Made by a program: the position numbers and the translations under genes
Part shown: piece by piece, positions 10,192 to 21,387 of the stretch
Layout of the letters: every line of letters starts with the position of its first letter
Position numbering within the stretch: position 1 is the stretch's first letter
From: Saprolegnia diclina VS20
Taxonomy: Eukaryota
Direction: 5' to 3'
Assembly: GCF_000281045.1 (NCBI RefSeq)
Contig: NW_008246138.1
Coordinates: 47,996 to 82,316 of the forward strand
DNA length: 34,321 nucleotides
Notes under the pieces: generated by a model
The model's database searches: none
The model's input: only the letters and a program-made list of their open reading frames with translations
Told to the model about the DNA's origin: nothing

Positions 10192-11888
10192 ATGGCCGAC
10201 TACTACGACGCGCTGCGGGACGCCGTCTGGAACGACGACCTCGAAGCGCTCCAGATGTGCATGCACGCGGGTCGCATCGACGTCAACCACACCGACTCGG
10301 TACGCTCTTGGCACCCGCCATCTCACGTTGGGATGCGCTGCGTAGGCGGGACAAACGCTGCTGCACCTGGCGTCGTTCTGGGGCCGGACCGAGATTGTGC
10401 GACTGCTCGTGTCCCTCGGTTCGATATGTGCCCACGGAGCGGGACGACCTCTCATCAACATTGGCGTAGGCGCAAGCATGAAGGCCAAGAACGCGGTGAG
10501 CGCGCAGCCTCTGCCCGCGCTCATGGGTGGTTGGCTGTCGTAGGCGGGCTGCACTGCGCTCGACTTGGCGATTCACTGGGGCCACTCGGCCACCGCCGAG
10601 ATGATTCGTTTGCGTGGTACGCGCGTCCTGACATTGCGAATGCTGAGGCAAGTACTAGGCGGCCTCAGCGTGTGGGAGGAGAAGATGGGGCTGCTCCAAA
10701 TGCAAGTGGAGGACCTCTCGACCGCGCTGGCCGACTGCGAAGCCGAGAATCGACTGAAAGACAGTCAGCTGAGTGCGCATCGCGCCGAGATTCTGGAGCT
10801 GCACACCAAGTGGCGCGCGACGCTCGATCTGCTCGACGCGGAAACCAAAAAGGGCGTGGCCATGCAGGCACGTCACGACGACCTCGCACGCGTCACGGAC
10901 AAGCTGCGCGCGGACGTATCGGACCTCAAGCAGGACTTGCACGAGGCGCAGCTCGAGGCCATTCGAATCGATATGGAACGCGTGGCGGCCGAGACGGCGC
11001 GCGACGCCAGTCTCCAGCAGCGCGAGGTTGCGGTGCGCGCCGCCGCCGACGCATGCGCCGTTCAGGTCGAGCGCCTTCGCAACTGGCAGGCCGCCGAAGC
11101 CGCGGCAGTCATCATGGAGACGCAGCGCAACGCCGCGTGCACCGAGCGTGACGCGGTAGGCTGCACCCGACTTCTCTTCTTCCGTTCACAGTGGTGTAGA
11201 TCAAACTGCGGGCGAGTGCGATGGCGATCGAGCTGCGGCTCGTGACGGAGCGACTCGAGTTCACTCAAAGCGAACTCGCAACGCTGCGCGAAGAGACGCT
11301 CGAGTTTATGGAGGCGAAGCGCAAGGAAGAAATTCGCCAGCGCCGGGCGGTGCGAGCGTTGGAAGTGATTTCGGCCGACGACCGCCTCGAAAAGCTTCAA
11401 AAGGCGAAAGAGTATGGCAACCAGTTGAAGAACCAGCCTTCGGTGCAGATGGCCTTTGCCGTATCCTCCTAACGCTACCTGTAGCGAGAGAGCAGCCGCA
11501 GCCCCACAGCGATGCGTGTGCAAACAGCGGCGGCTCTCGTGTCGCAGGAGCTGCACCCGGACTTGGCGGTCTTCGAGGAGGCGTTTGTGCACACAGTCAA
11601 GTCGTTTACTGAGGCGCGGCGAGACAAGTGGGCGGCGCTGGCGACCCAGACGAACGAAAGCCAGAGCCAAGCGCGCTTTGCGGTCGCGCGGCCGCTCTTC
11701 ACACCGGCGTCGTCCAGCCCCGCGGGTGGGTCTCGTCTCTGCAACTGGAGCGTATGACAGGTGACGTAGGCGCCAAAGTCAACTGTGCCGTGTACGGCAA
11801 GTATGCCAAGACCCAGAGACGGCCCGGAACGGACCACCGGTCCCAAGCACAGCGGCACGCGCAGCTGCCTCCGATGCTCACGAAATAG
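10192..11888 (+). CDS. Ankyrin-repeat plus long coiled-coil protein (multi-exon)
   Basis: Spliced ankyrin repeats: IDVNHTDS/AGQTLLHLASFWGRTEIVRLLVSLG/ASMKAKNA/AGCTALDLAIHWGHSATAEMIRLR. Heptad-rich exons at 10660-11460; last exon ends LPPMLTK* at 11888. Confidence 0.8.
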
Positions 11889-12092
11889 AGAGCGTCTTCG
11901 GAGAGTAATTTAACTCGAGGAGTTCTTCCTCCACGCTCGCGCGTCGGACGTATCCGACGTGACTGTCTATCTGTTCTTATTTATCTTGTTGTCTATCGAG
12001 CGCATGGCGCAACGCCCTATCCTTCGTTCATGCTGCATGTTGCCTCGCCTGGTGCCAAGTCTTGGTGCCACATCGCCTTGAAAGCGCGAGGA

Positions 12093-12123
12093 TTGATACA
12101 AAGTTGATACAAAGTTGATACAA
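12093..12123. repeat. 11-bp tandem repeat (TTGATACAAAG x about 2.8)
   Basis: ttgatacaaag-ttgatacaaag-ttgatacaa is read directly. A 17-nt copy (tgatacaaagttgatac) recurs at 13331-13347. Confidence 0.9.
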
Positions 12124-12477
12124 TTCCGGCGACAGAAGATATCACCGGGCGATCGAGCCATTGAAATCGTGGCGCACCGTAGTAAATTGCACGCGTAGCG
12201 GGCAAACGCGCGAAAAATGCAAAATTGCACTCCAACGGCGTCGACGAGTGTGCGGGAACCAAGCTACGTCACACTTCATCGTGACCCTCTCAAGTGGGGG
12301 TTGCGACTACCAGTATTCGGGTTTTGGCGGTTGAATCTGAATGTCCAACTCCAAAAATATGTTTTGTTCACCCAAAGCTGGTTTTGACCAACGAAAACGA
12401 TGCGAGCGTGGACCACGCTCACTTTAGATTTGGGTCCCGTGACTCCTCCCGAGCAAACTGCCTGTGGAACCTCCAAG

Positions 12478-12798
12478 ATGGCAGAGTGCAACATGAACAC
12501 CCACTACTGCGTCAGAAACATCAATGGCACATCGGGACCGCGGTACGCCAACTCGGGCTCCAAGACTGCGAGTTCGTGGCTGCAAATGTGGCGCGACGCG
12601 ACTGGGTCCAACCGACGAACTTGCTGCATCAACGGCTGCTCGAGAGAGGACCTCGTTGGCGCGCACGTCATGATCACGGACCAGCGCTCGTACAACACGT
12701 GGTACCTCGCGCCCTTGTGCAAGGGACATAACCACTGCTCCAACACGGACGGCATGTGGATCGCTCGCAACGTCAACCTCATCGCCGTGTCCAACTGA
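12478..12798 (+). CDS. Small Cys/His-rich protein, HNH/His-Me-finger-like, 106 aa
   Basis: Intronless ORF with host-like high third-position GC. Motifs VRNINGTS, SWLQMW, CCINGC, VGAHV and WYLAPLCKGHNH. An alternative upstream ATG lies at 12400. Confidence 0.75.
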   Translation: MAECNMNTHYCVRNINGTSGPRYANSGSKTASSWLQMWRDATGSNRRTCCINGCSREDLVGAHVMITDQRSYNTWYLAPLCKGHNHCSNTDGMWIARNVNLIAVSN

Positions 12799-12984
12799 GT
12801 CCTCGACTGCCGCCCGCACAAGAAGCTATCACAATAGCACCCCACCACCGACTGCAGTTTTTTGTAGCTTTGATTCTACAATATGAGCTGTAGCGAGCGA
12901 ACTCACCTTGTGACAAACCTCGGGGCTAGCTACGCTGCTTGGGTACCAGTGGTACTGCACTAGAGTAGGTCAGAGCATGCATAA

Positions 12985-14137
12985 TCAGCTTGGATTGGTT
13001 GTGTGCTGCGTTGCACAGAGTACATATGGGCGTGTGACGGCGCCTCGCGGCGGCGGATCCGTGCCTGAGCGGGCTGCAGTCGCCATTGTGCGGCGCGGCG
13101 ACGACGAAGACTTTGGCCGCGTCGGCGACTCGGGCGCTGCAAAGCTCAGTGTGCGCATCGAGTTGGGCTCGTACTTCGTCGGGCTCATTGTTGTTGTCGT
13201 TGTTGGTACCGAGGCCTGCCGAATCGACGTCATGAGCTGCGTCGTCTCCTTCTTGTACATGGCTTTTGTGAGCTCAAACGTCGCCGAGAGAGTGTGCAGC
13301 TCTGACTCGAGGCGCGTGATTGTGCGTTGCTGATACAAAGTTGATACTTTTCGAGCTCCAATCAACACGCACCGCTGCGTGGAGAGCGGTCTCCACTACC
13401 CGCGTTTGTCCGTGAAGAGCGCTCTGCGTCACTTCCAAGTCCTTGCAGCGCTGTCGGAGCTCGTTGCAGAGTGTCGCGTCGCCGACGTCATGCGTAGCCT
13501 CCAGAGCGCGCAGCCGGTCGTTAACGCGGGTTATTTCACTTCGTAGCGCGTGCATCTCCTGTAGGACCCGCATCGCACAAGTCTCTTGGTTCGTCGTACC
13601 TCGTCTTTGGCGTCGAAGAGCACCGACTGAGCGTCCGTGTGGCGCTCAATGTCCAAGCTCACGGCCGCATTCAGGTACTCGCACTGCCGGCGCAGGTTCT
13701 ACGCATCTTCTGTGCTTGTGATGTCTATTAAGGTACACGTACGAATGCAACGTGGTCGACGACCGGCGAGAGTGTCTCGACCGCGCGGCTGGAGGTCGCA
13801 TCCAGGAGATCGCGCATCTTGGTTTGCGCCAAGTCCAAGACGTCGCCGTAGACGCGGCGCATGTCGGAGGAGAGCGTCTTCTTGCGCAAGTCGACCATCG
13901 CGCGGTCGCGCCAGTCCTGCACGCGCGCTGCGTTCTCCTCTGGCGCGTACGTGGCCGCAATCGTCTTGCGCAAGTGGTCCATGAGCTCGGCCGAGCCCGC
14001 GAGAAACGTTGCCCGCGCATCTAGCAAGACCCTATGACGACTAGTATTCGTGCAGATGCACCTTTGGGCACAAGGCCGCGCGTCGCCAACGTCGAGTGGC
14101 ACGCCGCCAACGCCGCCGTCTCGGCTCGCTTTTGCAT
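12985..14137 (-). CDS. Hypothetical coiled-coil protein (about 5 exons)
   Basis: Exons splice in frame: MQKRAETAAL..PK/DARATFL..VAF/NLRRQCEY..KDE/EMHALRSE..HAA/QRTITRLESEL..., ending in an S/P/T-rich tail. Start and stop positions are approximate. Confidence 0.65.
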
Positions 14138-14211
14138 TGCGACGCGACGAGTAGCCAACGGTTTCACTTTGCACTTTCCAGTCTCGTCAAACGTTATGCT
14201 CAAGGAAATAT

Positions 14212-14232
14212 AAGTTCATTAGTAATGAACTT
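14212..14232. repeat. Perfect 10-bp inverted repeat with 1-nt spacer (AAGTTCATTA-G-TAATGAACTT)
   Basis: Read directly; it lies in the short AT-rich spacer between two tandem minus-strand genes. Confidence 0.85.
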
Positions 14233-14241
14233 TTATTTACA

Positions 14242-17200
14242 CTAGACGAGGACGTCGGGGGTGTGGGCGACGTGGAGGAGTTCGTGGAAGAGGTGCCACG
14301 CGTGCGTGCCCTGCAGCGGCTCGTCGCGCAGGATAGTTTCGAGCGGCGTCACAAGGCGCAAGCCCGCGGTGCTGTCAACGTGCGTTTGGTGCTCGATGCC
14401 GGTCACAATCTCGTGGCTCGAGGCCGCCCACACGTTCTTGAGGAGTGTATACGCCAGGTTGGCTTGCTGGAGAAGTGCGCCGTCGCCAGGCGCGGCAAAC
14501 CAAAGCAGCGTTTTGTCGAAGAGAGCGCTCGCTTCGGCGGGTACAACGCTTTGCTCCAAGCAAGCCGCGCTGCAGTGCAGTGGCTTGGGCCGCGCCGCCA
14601 CCTAGAGTACAAATGGTTTAGCCACTTTGTTTGAACGAGCTACCCGCAGTGCCGACTGGTACGCGCTGGCGACAGCATAAGGGTGGGCGCGCGCGTTGAA
14701 GCCGGCGACGATGGACCGAAACGTCTCGAACGAGTCGACGGCCAGCGCCGCTTGCCCAAAGCTCGTCTCGATGAGCAGCTTGGTGCTAACGTACCGCGCT
14801 TCCCACTCGTCGACGCAAATGGCCAGCACGGCATACAGAGGCATCCACATGGTGCCATAGATCTGCGTCAAGCTCACCACTCTGCCTTTAGCGCGAGACA
14901 CGATGTCGGGGGTAAAATGCATCAGCACGCTGTTGATCGCGTCAAACGCTTGCTGCTGGCCGACAAACTCGCCGCCGTCGCTCTCGACGAGGTAGTAGCC
15001 GTCGTGCGACACTTTGGCGAGCACGTGCAGCGCGTGTACGACAAACCAAAACGCCATTGGCGGGAGCGCGTCGACGCCCGGAAGACCCAAGAGGCGGCTC
15101 CAGAGATGAATCTTCTCGCTCTGCGTGTCGAGGTGCGCAAGACTCGTTAATAAGTCGACGAGCCGCTCGTTCGCAAAGCGTGGCACGCGGAAGCGCTCGA
15201 GGTAGATGCGGTACACAAAGTCTTGTGGCGACAAGGCGAGGAGCTCCTTGGGCGCCTGGGCTTTGCTGCCGTCAAGGGCGCCGCTCGAAAGCTGCAAAAC
15301 AATCTCGTTGATGACGAACGAGAGAGTTCGATGCGTCGCGGGCACCGTGTAGTTGTACGGCACATACTCGGCCCGCAGGTGCTGGACGCAGTGCTGGAAC
15401 GACGTTGGCACTGTCCGCTTGAGCTCGCCAAGGCGCATGTTGGGCGTATGCTCCAACGAGCGCACCACCACTACGCGCGCTTTAGCAACGACACAAGGCA
15501 TTTGAGAGGTCGTACCGTGCGCGGTGGCCGCCATGCGCGCGGCTTGCTTCATGTGAGGATGCCCACCGCGGGGGCGCTGCGCCATGAGCGGAGCCTCTGT
15601 TTGGGCACTGCGACTGCAGCGTCGGCGCGCCGGCGCACTCGTATGGCCCTCGACCGCCGCAATGAGCTCTTGCAGCTGACTTTCCATCTCCAACAGTTCT
15701 TGTATCGGAGGAATGAAGAACGCGTGCTGCCATACGTCTTGCGGATCCCACCCGAGCGCGCAGTCGGGACTGCTCAGCGTGGTGAGGAGGGCGAGGCGCT
15801 TGAGCGTCGCTTCGAGCTCCTTCCGCACGGCACTGGCTTCGAAGCTCGAGAGAATGCTGTGGCCGTGGTGCTACAGCACTGGTCAGATGCCGTTGCCAAG
15901 TCCGTGATGGCGCACTGTCGCGGCGTCCTCGGTGGGCGCCAACGCAGATGCAAACATCCGCACAAAGGCGGTGCTCGGAGCGACGCTAAACTTGGCGTCC
16001 AGCGACCGGCGAAGCTCTTCGACGACCTCGATGCCAGTGCAGAAGCGAGGCACGGCACGCGGCTGGTCTGGGAACGCTTCAAGCACGGTCTGGACGAACT
16101 GGCTTGTCAGACGCACGAGGATCTGGTCCTACGCGCCAGAATGACGCTCTATTGTCGAGTCTGCGACGTACGGCGGCCAGATACTTGTTGAGGTCGTTCC
16201 GGAGCCGAATGCCAAGGTCTTTCTCGGCCGCCACAATCTTGTGTTTGTGCTGCAGCTTTTCGTGGAGGACCTCCATGGTCGCACGCTGCTGCGCGTGGCG
16301 TCGCTCGAGCTGGTCCACTTCCACCTAGTACCTCCGACTCAGATCCAGATGCAGATCTGGACGAGGTACTTTGAGCGTCTTGAGCGTCTGGCTGAGCACG
16401 ACGATCTCGTCTTCGATCGTCTTGTTGATCGACGCCATCATGCTCGAGACGCCGTGCCAAAGGCCGTAGATAAAGTGACTTGACGTCGGGCACTTGTCAA
16501 AGACGAGCCGCGAGAGCTCGTAGACGACCGCGTCGGCGTAGTCGAGCGTCAGCGTGAGCTTGGCGTGGCACTCGGTTTCATTTGCCTGCGCGGCGCAGAG
16601 CTTCTCGTACCGCAGGCGCTGCCACTGCAAAAGGTAATTCACTTGGTCTTTCGAGAGCGGTGGCCGCGCCTACCGCCCTTGCCTCGCACCAAGTAGCAGC
16701 CGAACGTATGCACCTTGGGGAATTCAATGACGGTCCAGGGCTTGGCCGTGTCCAGCGTCTGCAGATTCAGCGAGACAGAGCGCAAGTCGAAGCGCGACTC
16801 GACGGGGCAGTAGTTGTAGATGCGCTGGATGACTTCGTCTTTAGCCACCTAGCTTCAACGTCTGGAACGTGATCGACTCTCGACGGCAGCTTACGCGGGT
16901 CAGCGGAAAGGCGCGGCACCGGCGAACATGCCGGTACGAATTATCGGGCGCAACCTTGGGCAGCTCGAGGCGACGGGCGTTGGCGCGGGCGTCGTACGCA
17001 GCCTTGTCAGTGAGCTCAAATGCGAGCGATGGTGGTTTGCTGCAGCGATGCCGTGGCGACGTGAGGGCGAGCTTGAGCTCTCGGAGCTGCGCCCGTGGAG
17101 ACGGCGCGCTCGGCGCCTGCTCGGGACCGATGGCAGCGACGAAGGACGCGATGTGTGTCCGGTCTTTGGCGGCCTTGCGCACCAGCATCGCCTCGATGCG

Positions 17201-17697
17201 GTCGAGAAGGCCTGCAAGCAGCTTGGTCCAGCCCGCGTGGAACCGGTCGTCGTCCTCGTCCTCATTGAAGCACGCTTGAACGACTTCCAGCGCGATGGTC
17301 AACGTGTCCAAAGGCGTGAGTGGGTGGTCGGGGTCTGACTCGGCGGCGACCGCATCCGCGATCTTGCGCTCGACGCCCGCAGTGCTCCACGGAAACTGCA
17401 CCTCGCTGCTATCGTCGTCGCCCTAAGTACCAGCGTTCTGTTCCGACGGTGGATGGTTCGTAATGGAGGCACCCGTAGACGAGGCAGCGGCGGCGACGTC
17501 GGTAGAGAAACCAGCGCATGGTCGAGTCGACGCTGGAGGTTGCGCAGGATTGTGTCGAGCTCCTTGCGCTGGTGGTCGTCGAGCTCGGTCTGGAGCACGT
17601 CGAGGGGCTTCCCACGCTCGAGAACGACTGGCTCAGGGAGGTTGGGGAGCACGACGCCGAGCCGCGTGCGCTTGAAGACCTTGCTCTCACCGACCAT
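14242..17697 (-). CDS. Large coiled-coil protein with a TSNAXIP1-like helical region, possibly flagellar (multi-exon)
   Basis: Exons from MVGESKVFKRTRLG (ATG 17697) splice through GT-AG introns into ORFs 16841-17401, 16325-16642, 16079-16324, 14602-15828 and 14242-14601. QDFVYRIYLERFRVPRFANERLVDLLTSL...KIHLWSRLLG resembles a motif I recall from TSNAXIP1-type ciliary proteins. The family call is tentative. Confidence 0.6.
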
Positions 17698-18071
17698 CGA
17701 CCGACCTTGAAACCGACAGGACAGAAAGGCCACTTCTAAACCCACCCAACTCTGTCTCGCACCCAAATCGCGACGCAGCTGGTGTCCGATCCCGCCCCAA
17801 CCTACCCGCCAACGACCGTGTGCAACCGCGCACCGTCGATGCGTCTGCACGGCGGCGCGGGCATGCTGCGCTTGCTGGGCTCTCGGCCGCCGCTCGTATA
17901 GCGCTCGCACCGCGTCCTTGCCGGTGCTCGTCGTTGTTTGCAACAGCTGGGCGTTTACATGACACGGACGTGGCAACGTCATGGAAGTGAGTTGCGTGCA
18001 TTTAGCGTCGACGGTGACTTTGCCCTTTGGGTGCATTCTTCAATTCGCTTCGTACTACGACCAGCAGCAGC

Positions 18072-19352
18072 ATGGGCAACGCGGCCTCGGACATCTCGAT
18101 CTTTGCCGACGGCGAAATGGAGCACGAGTTTGCTGCGCACGGCGGCACGGGCGACGTCTCGGTCAAGGAGCTCATCTCGGAGGGCTACAACATGGTCATT
18201 GACTCGGTCATCCGCCCGCCGCGCGCCGCGTACGACCTCGACGAGCTCGGGCCCGAGAAGCTGACGCTGCACGACCCGCTTACGCAAGACGCCGTGTACG
18301 CCAAGCGCGTCGACTTTACGCTCCGCAACGAGCGCCACTTGAACCTCTCGTGCTCGCACTGGCAGCTGCTGCAGACCGACGAGCTGACGCCGCGGCCGGT
18401 ACGTCCTATGATTTGGCGCTCGACATGATGACCCTGGTGCGTATGTAGAGCTCGTGCCTGATCTACCTGCACTCCAACTTGGGCTCGCGCAAGGACGTGC
18501 TCAAGCTCCGCGACGAAGCGCTCGCGCTCGGCTTCTCGGTCCTCGCATTCGACTGCTCTGGGTCAGGCAACTCGGATGGCATCTACGTCACGATGGGCTG
18601 GAACGAGTCGATGGACCTCAAGAGCGTGCTCGACCACCTGGAGGGAGATGCGAGTGTCGTCGACGTCGTCTTGTACGCGCATAGCATGGGCGGGTACCCC
18701 GCGCTCCTCAACATTGCGAGCCGCGCCCAGGACAAGACGCACGAAGTGGCCATCGCCGGCGCCAACGTCGACGCGATTCCCGCGCCGTTCCGCCGCAGCA
18801 ACATGACGCCGTACACCAAGCCGATCCGCGGCCTCGTCCTCGACAGCGGTAGCGCCACCGCGTCGTTTCCTCCGCGTCCTCATCCTATATGTAGCGTACA
18901 GCACGATGGACATGGTCACGGACGAACTCGTCATGAGCGTCCGCCAAGAAGGCTTCCAAATCCCGAAAATGCTTCTCAAGACGGCCACGAAATGGGTCGA
19001 AAAGTCGGTCGAGAAGCGCGCGGACGTCGACCTCAGCGTGCTTCGACCGGTCGAGTTTGCGCCCATGTGCAAGGTCCCCGCGCTGCTCGTCTATGGTCTC
19101 AAGGACGAGTACATCATGCCCGAGAACGCGTTGGAGCTCGACGCCAAGTACGCAGGGCCGCATGCGACGATGGCGCTCGACGTCGACCATTACGCCAAGC
19201 GCGACCTCGACTCGTACCGGACGTCGCTCCTCTTCCTCCGCGTCGTCGTCACCAAGCTCAACGAAGCCAACTACGAAGCGACCTTGTCGCCGCACTTCGA
19301 GGACGAGCTGCGCCGCATCAAGGGCGCCGTCTTTCGCAAGTCGACCGTGTAA
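18072..19352 (+). CDS. Alpha/beta-hydrolase-fold protein, putatively N-myristoylated (3 exons)
   Basis: MGNAAS N-terminus; VIRPPRAAY, LIYLHSN, AFDCSGSGNSDGIYVTMGWNE, nucleophile elbow AHSMG, LVLDS, DEYI (Asp) and VDH (His). Introns at about 18399-18449 and 18849-18894. Confidence 0.85.
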
Positions 19353-19462
19353 TCTGCATGACACCTTGATTTTTCAGTCGACTATGCATAAGGATGGACA
19401 GACTAATAGCCAAAACGACAGAATAGTGTACAATATCGTCTAGTGTCAGTAGTATTTCCGAG

Positions 19463-21121
19463 TTACCAGTAATCTTCGATGAGCGGGTTGGGAATTTTCT
19501 CGGAAGACGACGCGGTCGCACTCCCCGAGGCCGAGCACGACAAAAAATCATAGTCCTTGATCTCAAAGTCCTCGACAAAGTCGTACTCGTCCGGCTTGGC
19601 CTCGGACGCGTCGTCGTCATCAGCACCACTGTGGCGCGAGGCCAGCTCGGCTTCGACGAGGCCCAGAAACTGCACGCGAAGCTCGACGATCTGGCCGTAC
19701 GGGAACGGGCCCAGGAACGCCTTGTCGAACGCGAGCCGGAGGAGTGTGTCGCAGACGCAGTAGTCGTCGGTGCGGCCCCAGTGCGACGTCCGGTACGGGG
19801 CGGTCGCGCGCCGCAGCGACTCGGTCGAGAACTTGAGCGTCTCGTACACGTCAAAGGCTTCGTCGCATGCGAGGATGGCATCCGCGTGGAGCTTGAGAAG
19901 CGTGAGGCCGATGCGGTGGATGACTTTGGCGCCCTCGGCAAAGAAGACGTCCCAGACCCGCAGCGTCGTCTCGAGCGGCAGCGAATTCACAAAGAGACAG
20001 AGGAACCACTTGAACGTGAGCGGCGCGAGGTGCACGTGGAGCGTGTTGAGGTGCGCCGCGACCTCAGGCAGCTTGTGCGCGACGAGGGCATGGAAGACGT
20101 GCTGGTCGACGCGGGAGCCGACCATCGACGTTGTATGGTACTCGGGCACCAAGTCTTCAATGACGCACGCTAGGACCCAGAAGGCTTCTTCCTCGCCCAT
20201 GTACACGAGGAGAACGGCAGCGAGGAAGTTCATGCTCTGGCAGTACCCGACGCTCGGGTTGCGGAGGCTGTACATGGAGAGGACGCGGCGCAGCTCCGAG
20301 ATGTTGCCCTCGCGCTCGTCGCGCGTGTCGGGCTCCTGCGGAAACGTCCGGTACAAGTCCTTCTCGATCTCGTTGACCACGTCGTTTGGGACTTCGTCGA
20401 CGCGCCAGAGAAGCGCGTCGTACTGCGCATCGGGTGGCGACGACGACCGCTTTTGCTCGGCGCCGCTGCAGAGGAACCAGACTTGGCCGCGGTACTCGAT
20501 CGGGATGCCGGCGCGCAGCATCGACTCGACCTGCCACTGCCCGAGCGAGAAGCCCATGAAACCCATGTTGCCAGCGTCCGAGAGCGACCGCCGGCGAAAG
20601 CCCGACGACGACGCCTCGTGCTTGGGCTTGGGCGGGCCGTGGAACGAGGCGCGCGAGCGTTCCGTGTCGTGCGCGACCGCATCTTCTTCGAGACGGCGCC
20701 GCCATTTCTGGAACCAACTGAGCTCCCACTCCTTGGAGATGAACTTTTCTTCCCACTTCTTCTTCTTCATGCTCGTCATCGTTGTCAACTCGATCTGGTG
20801 GTCAAAGCTGAGCGGCTCGCGCGCCGACCGGGATGGCGAGCTCGGGCTCTCGAGGAACCGGCAGCGAAAGTGATTGGACCCGTTGCAATTGCATGTTGTA
20901 TGGAGCGTCGGGGTCTTGCGGTACTTGGTCGTGACGCGCGGCTGGGCCTTCTCGGTCGAGAAGAAGCGGCGCCGGCCCACCTTCGTCGGCGAGCAGGACA
21001 TGGAGTGGCGCAGCACGCGCGCCGGTGTCTTGCGCTTCTCTACCGGCAGGCAGAAGCGCTCGCGCGGGCGCATGCACTTGAGGAAGCCGCCATGGCCGTC
21101 GTCCTGGCCTGCATGTGCCAT
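19463..21121 (-). CDS. TBC-domain Rab GTPase-activating protein (start uncertain)
   Basis: GIPIEYRGQVW, arginine finger IEKDLYRTF, glutamine finger GYCQSMNF, EEEAFW, WFLCLF and LRVWDVFF in one long ORF. Confidence 0.92.
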   Translation of the reverse strand: MAHAGQDDGHGGFLKCMRPRERFCLPVEKRKTPARVLRHSMSCSPTKVGRRRFFSTEKAQPRVTTKYRKTPTLHTTCNCNGSNHFRCRFLESPSSPSRSAREPLSFDHQIELTTMTSMKKKKWEEKFISKEWELSWFQKWRRRLEEDAVAHDTERSRASFHGPPKPKHEASSSGFRRRSLSDAGNMGFMGFSLGQWQVESMLRAGIPIEYRGQVWFLCSGAEQKRSSSPPDAQYDALLWRVDEVPNDVVNEIEKDLYRTFPQEPDTRDEREGNISELRRVLSMYSLRNPSVGYCQSMNFLAAVLLVYMGEEEAFWVLACVIEDLVPEYHTTSMVGSRVDQHVFHALVAHKLPEVAAHLNTLHVHLAPLTFKWFLCLFVNSLPLETTLRVWDVFFAEGAKVIHRIGLTLLKLHADAILACDEAFDVYETLKFSTESLRRATAPYRTSHWGRTDDYCVCDTLLRLAFDKAFLGPFPYGQIVELRVQFLGLVEAELASRHSGADDDDASEAKPDEYDFVEDFEIKDYDFLSCSASGSATASSSEKIPNPLIEDYW

Positions 21122-21387
21122 AGGACCCGTCGGCGCAGTAACAATCGATGATCTGCCGAGGCCAGTACCTGCTTGACCTAGATCTGATTTTTTAGTGTGT
21201 CACTGCCTTTTTATTCGCCCGATCACTTGCTGTTTGTATGCGATCGGGGCCGGCGCCTGCAATTTAATGCACATGTCGCGTGCCCCGTACCGTCGGATCC
21301 TAATTAGGCTCCAAAACAGGATCTCGACGCCCAAAGCAGTTACAGCGGCTTGCGTTTCGGAAGATCGCATCATTTGGTGGACGGACG

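Noticed and set aside
12093..12123. Possible CRISPR-like or telomeric repeat
   Set aside because: The unit is 11 bp with no spacers and under three copies; it is not a telomere motif, and the context is eukaryotic.
11890..12960. Intact transposon carrying the HNH-like gene
   Set aside because: By eye I found no terminal inverted repeats, LTRs, target-site duplication or transposase.
14021..14260. Fusion of the 14242-17697 gene with the downstream coiled-coil gene through an intron
   Set aside because: The available GT donors near the stop are in the wrong phase for the nearest acceptor, and the spacer has an AATAAA-like 3' signal.
19631..21151. Long plus-strand ORFs opposite the TBC gene (and similar ones at 91-1254, 15223-16191, 27671-29083 and 26929-27774)
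   Set aside because: These Arg/Ala/Ser-rich translations have no motifs and are expected from high third-position GC bias in the real gene's frame or strand.
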